Assembly (NCBI GenBank): GCA_965178125.1
Contig: OZ237738.1
Span: 496,001 to 560,000, forward strand
From: Bilabrum cf. latius
Taxonomy: Eukaryota
DNA length: 64,000 nt
Reading direction: 5' to 3'
The position numbers and the translations under genes are program-made. The notes beneath the pieces were generated by a model. It saw only the letters and a program-made list of their open reading frames with translations, made no database searches and had not been told where the DNA came from. This document shows, one piece after another, positions 61,548-64,000 of this stretch; the first letter of the stretch is position 1, and every line of letters starts with the position of its first letter.

Positions 61548-64000
61548 TTATCTACCTCCGTGCTTCTTACGTCGTGACAAGAGCTATGCCGCCCGGCCAA
61601 CAATGTAGGGTGATCCACCTGAATCTCTGCTGCCTCTACTGCCTTCCTCGTGGGAAGGTGGACAGACAGCCTCGTCAGATCCGGCCCCGATCCCAGCCTT
61701 GGCCCCTTTTGCACCATCTCCGGCATCTTCTTGGATCGTACCGAGCGAGAGGGGAGCTCGCGTCTTGACTCGCAATCCTGCACCCCGCACCGACAGCGGT
61801 ACCTCAAGCCTCTCTTCCCCCTGCTCACCTTCTCTCGCCACTTCAGCCTGCCTTGCTGCCCCAGATCCAGCAGTCCTTGCTCGCGGCGGCGTGCCTTGTC
61901 CTCTCTTGCGTTGAACTAGTACCTGTGCAGCAGAGCGCCGTGGACTGCCCTCAGGGGGGTCCGCAGGAGGCTAAATATAATCGAAATCGTCAGAAGCGTC
62001 CGAGCTGCCGCTCATTCCAGCAATAACAGCAGCAGGCAGGGGCTCACCATGAGCTGGGCGCCAAACTCCACTTTGCCTTTGACTGGCTCCCAACCTGCTG
62101 TCGAGCTTGCGCTACAAGCCCGGCGGGCCCGCGGGCGGTAGCCTTGCAGCAGCAACTGGCAGGTGCCCATCAGCCGGTGAATCTAGGCCACTTGCCCCAC
62201 CCCTCTCTCGACGTAAACTGAATTCCCACCGCGGTGGTGTCCTAGACCGAGGGCCCAACGCACTCGCGTCGATGCTGGACGTGGCACCTGCGTGGCCGAC
62301 AGGAGACTTCCATGGCCTTGTCGGCACTCTTAAGTTTGGAGAGGCAGCAGCATGCGGGGCGTAGTGACCTCGAACTGCTTGACCTCGGACCGCACCAGAG
62401 CCTGTGCTACTAAAGCTGTGCCTCGCTCCTCCCCTTGCTGAGTCGTGGGAGCCCTCCTCAGACGAGAGCGTCCTCTCCTCGAGCTTTTTATCGGCTACTG
62501 CCCGCGCCATTGCGGCTACTGTGGCCGTTGATGGCGGCACTGGTACCATACTGCGACTGGGCGACATTCTGGAGGCCGATTTCCGGAGACCTTTGTCGTA
62601 TTCTGTCGATGCATCTCTGCTAGGCGCCAGGAAGGAGCGGTTCTGCCTGCGCGGAGAGCTGCCAGGCAGCATCGTGCGTCGCCGTAGCTTATCTCCTCTT
62701 GAATTACCGAGCTGTGCTCCGTTGATGCCTGGAGGCATGGCTGCATGCATGACGCCCGCGGCCAGCATCTGCTTGGTCAGTGAACGAACACGCTCTCTCA
62801 GGCGAGCTTTGTCCCGCTCTGACCGATCCAAGCGTCTCTTCAAGCGACTATTCACATCTGCAAGCTGCTTCTGCCGCTGCTTGTACTACCCGAGGAGCTT
62901 GGTTACCTCACTGAGATCCTGTACCGATGGCTGCTGCCGTTGTGAAGAAGAGAAAGCGGCATCCACATCACTTCTATCAGGAGGAGCAATGGCACTCGAC
63001 CTTTGTGCAGCGAGGTCCAAAGCTCCGCCATCACCAGCAGCTTTCACTGTCGACAACACGGCCAATGCATCGCCCCTTGAGTTGTCAGCAGGCAGATCGG
63101 CATGAGTCGCAAGGTGTCGTGGCCCATCGCTGGAGAAACCGAGCAGCTTTGCTAGTCTTTCTCGTTTTGCTGCATCCGCTGCTTCTGCACGCATTGCTGT
63201 GAGCTCTGCACGAGCTTGAGCGGCATCCTCACGTGCTGCAAAAAGGGCTGCGTTCGTTTCGTCCAACTCATTGCGATCCGCATCTCGAGATGCCACGATT
63301 GCCTCCTTCTTTGCCTCTGCTGCAACGGCTGCGGCCTTGTGCTGTAAGGCCACCCGGAAAAGCATATGCTGCAGTGGATCGGAAGGCTCGAATGCGTCTC
63401 CAGTATGCCTTGCACTCGCACCTGCAGCGGCGCCATCGGCAGGCACGTCTTGTGGGTGCAGGGCGCGGGCAAGTGCCTCTTCCTGAAAGTCATATCGTGC
63501 TCTAGCTCCTTCGATGGATTCTTGCAGCTGCACCTTAGCCGCATACAAATCATCCGCGCTGAAAGAAATACAGAGCTGCTGGTACCGGTGGTCATCGGCT
63601 TGCTATGGGGCTCCACTGTTTTCTTCTACCAGCTACGCGAGTAACTCATCCAGGCGGTCTGCACGGTCTGCTACCGTTTCATCGTTGTCAGAAGCAGACC
63701 CTGGACCGCATTCTTCCGATGTACCACCGCTGCTGCCAGCAATGAGTGCGCCAGAAACAAGCTGCAATTTTGCAGTCATCAATTGGAGCCTTTGCCTTGC
63801 TTCGGCTCTCTCGTTTCGAAGCTCTGCGATTTCATGAGTTGACTGTGCGTTGGCGAGGTGCTTGTCAATGGAGGCTTCAATGGCATGCTCCTACTCATGG
63901 GCCTCCAACCGTGCAATGTCGCTTCCCCCCGATGCGGTCTTGATCTCTGCGTCGATATGCGCACTGGATACGCCCGTGATGGTATCCCAACGACTGATTG
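61548..64000 (-). CDS. Coiled-coil/low-complexity protein, 5'-partial
   Basis: One frame from the window edge to TAA 61548, interrupted only by TAG; coiled-coil stretches such as RLKRRLDRSERDKARLRERVRSL. Confidence 0.65.

Noticed and set aside
1-64000. In-frame TAGs as pseudogenisation or sequencing error
   Set aside because: Only TAG interrupts the frames, with no TAA/TGA or frameshifts seen in the intact genes. Catalytic motifs are preserved and TAG sits at conserved Gln positions.
1-64000. TAG as pyrrolysine, Leu, or occasional programmed read-through
   Set aside because: Too frequent, includes tandem TAGTAG, has no shared downstream context, and aligns with Gln or polar positions.
1-64000. 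Prokaryotic or phage origin (amber-recoded phage)
   Set aside because: Spliceosomal introns, AROM, golgin, AN1/UIM/CaaX and fibrocystin-like genes indicate a eukaryotic nucleus.

Overview
GC-rich, gene-dense eukaryotic nuclear DNA with short GT-AG spliceosomal introns. A heterotrophic protist is likely; a stramenopile/bicosoecid-like source is only a guess. The main signal is a non-standard nuclear genetic code: TAG is a sense codon, most likely Gln, while TAA and TGA remain stops. Reading TAG as Gln joins dozens of ORF fragments into 16 coherent genes and restores conserved Gln in several family motifs. All 16 gene models then end in TGA (13) or TAA (3). Genes: an AROM polyprotein extended by chorismate mutase-like, prephenate dehydratase-like and ACT domains; an SDR; a PhyH-family dioxygenase; two GH78 rhamnosidases; an arylsulfatase; two ankyrin-repeat paralogues embedded in inverted, degenerate copies of part of a neighbouring ~4000-aa fibrocystin-L-like gene; an AN1 zinc-finger protein; a chromodomain-like protein; NUDT1; a GRIP golgin; a single-domain voltage-gated channel with a C2 domain; and two coiled-coil proteins. 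Gene models were built by eye and no database searches were run.
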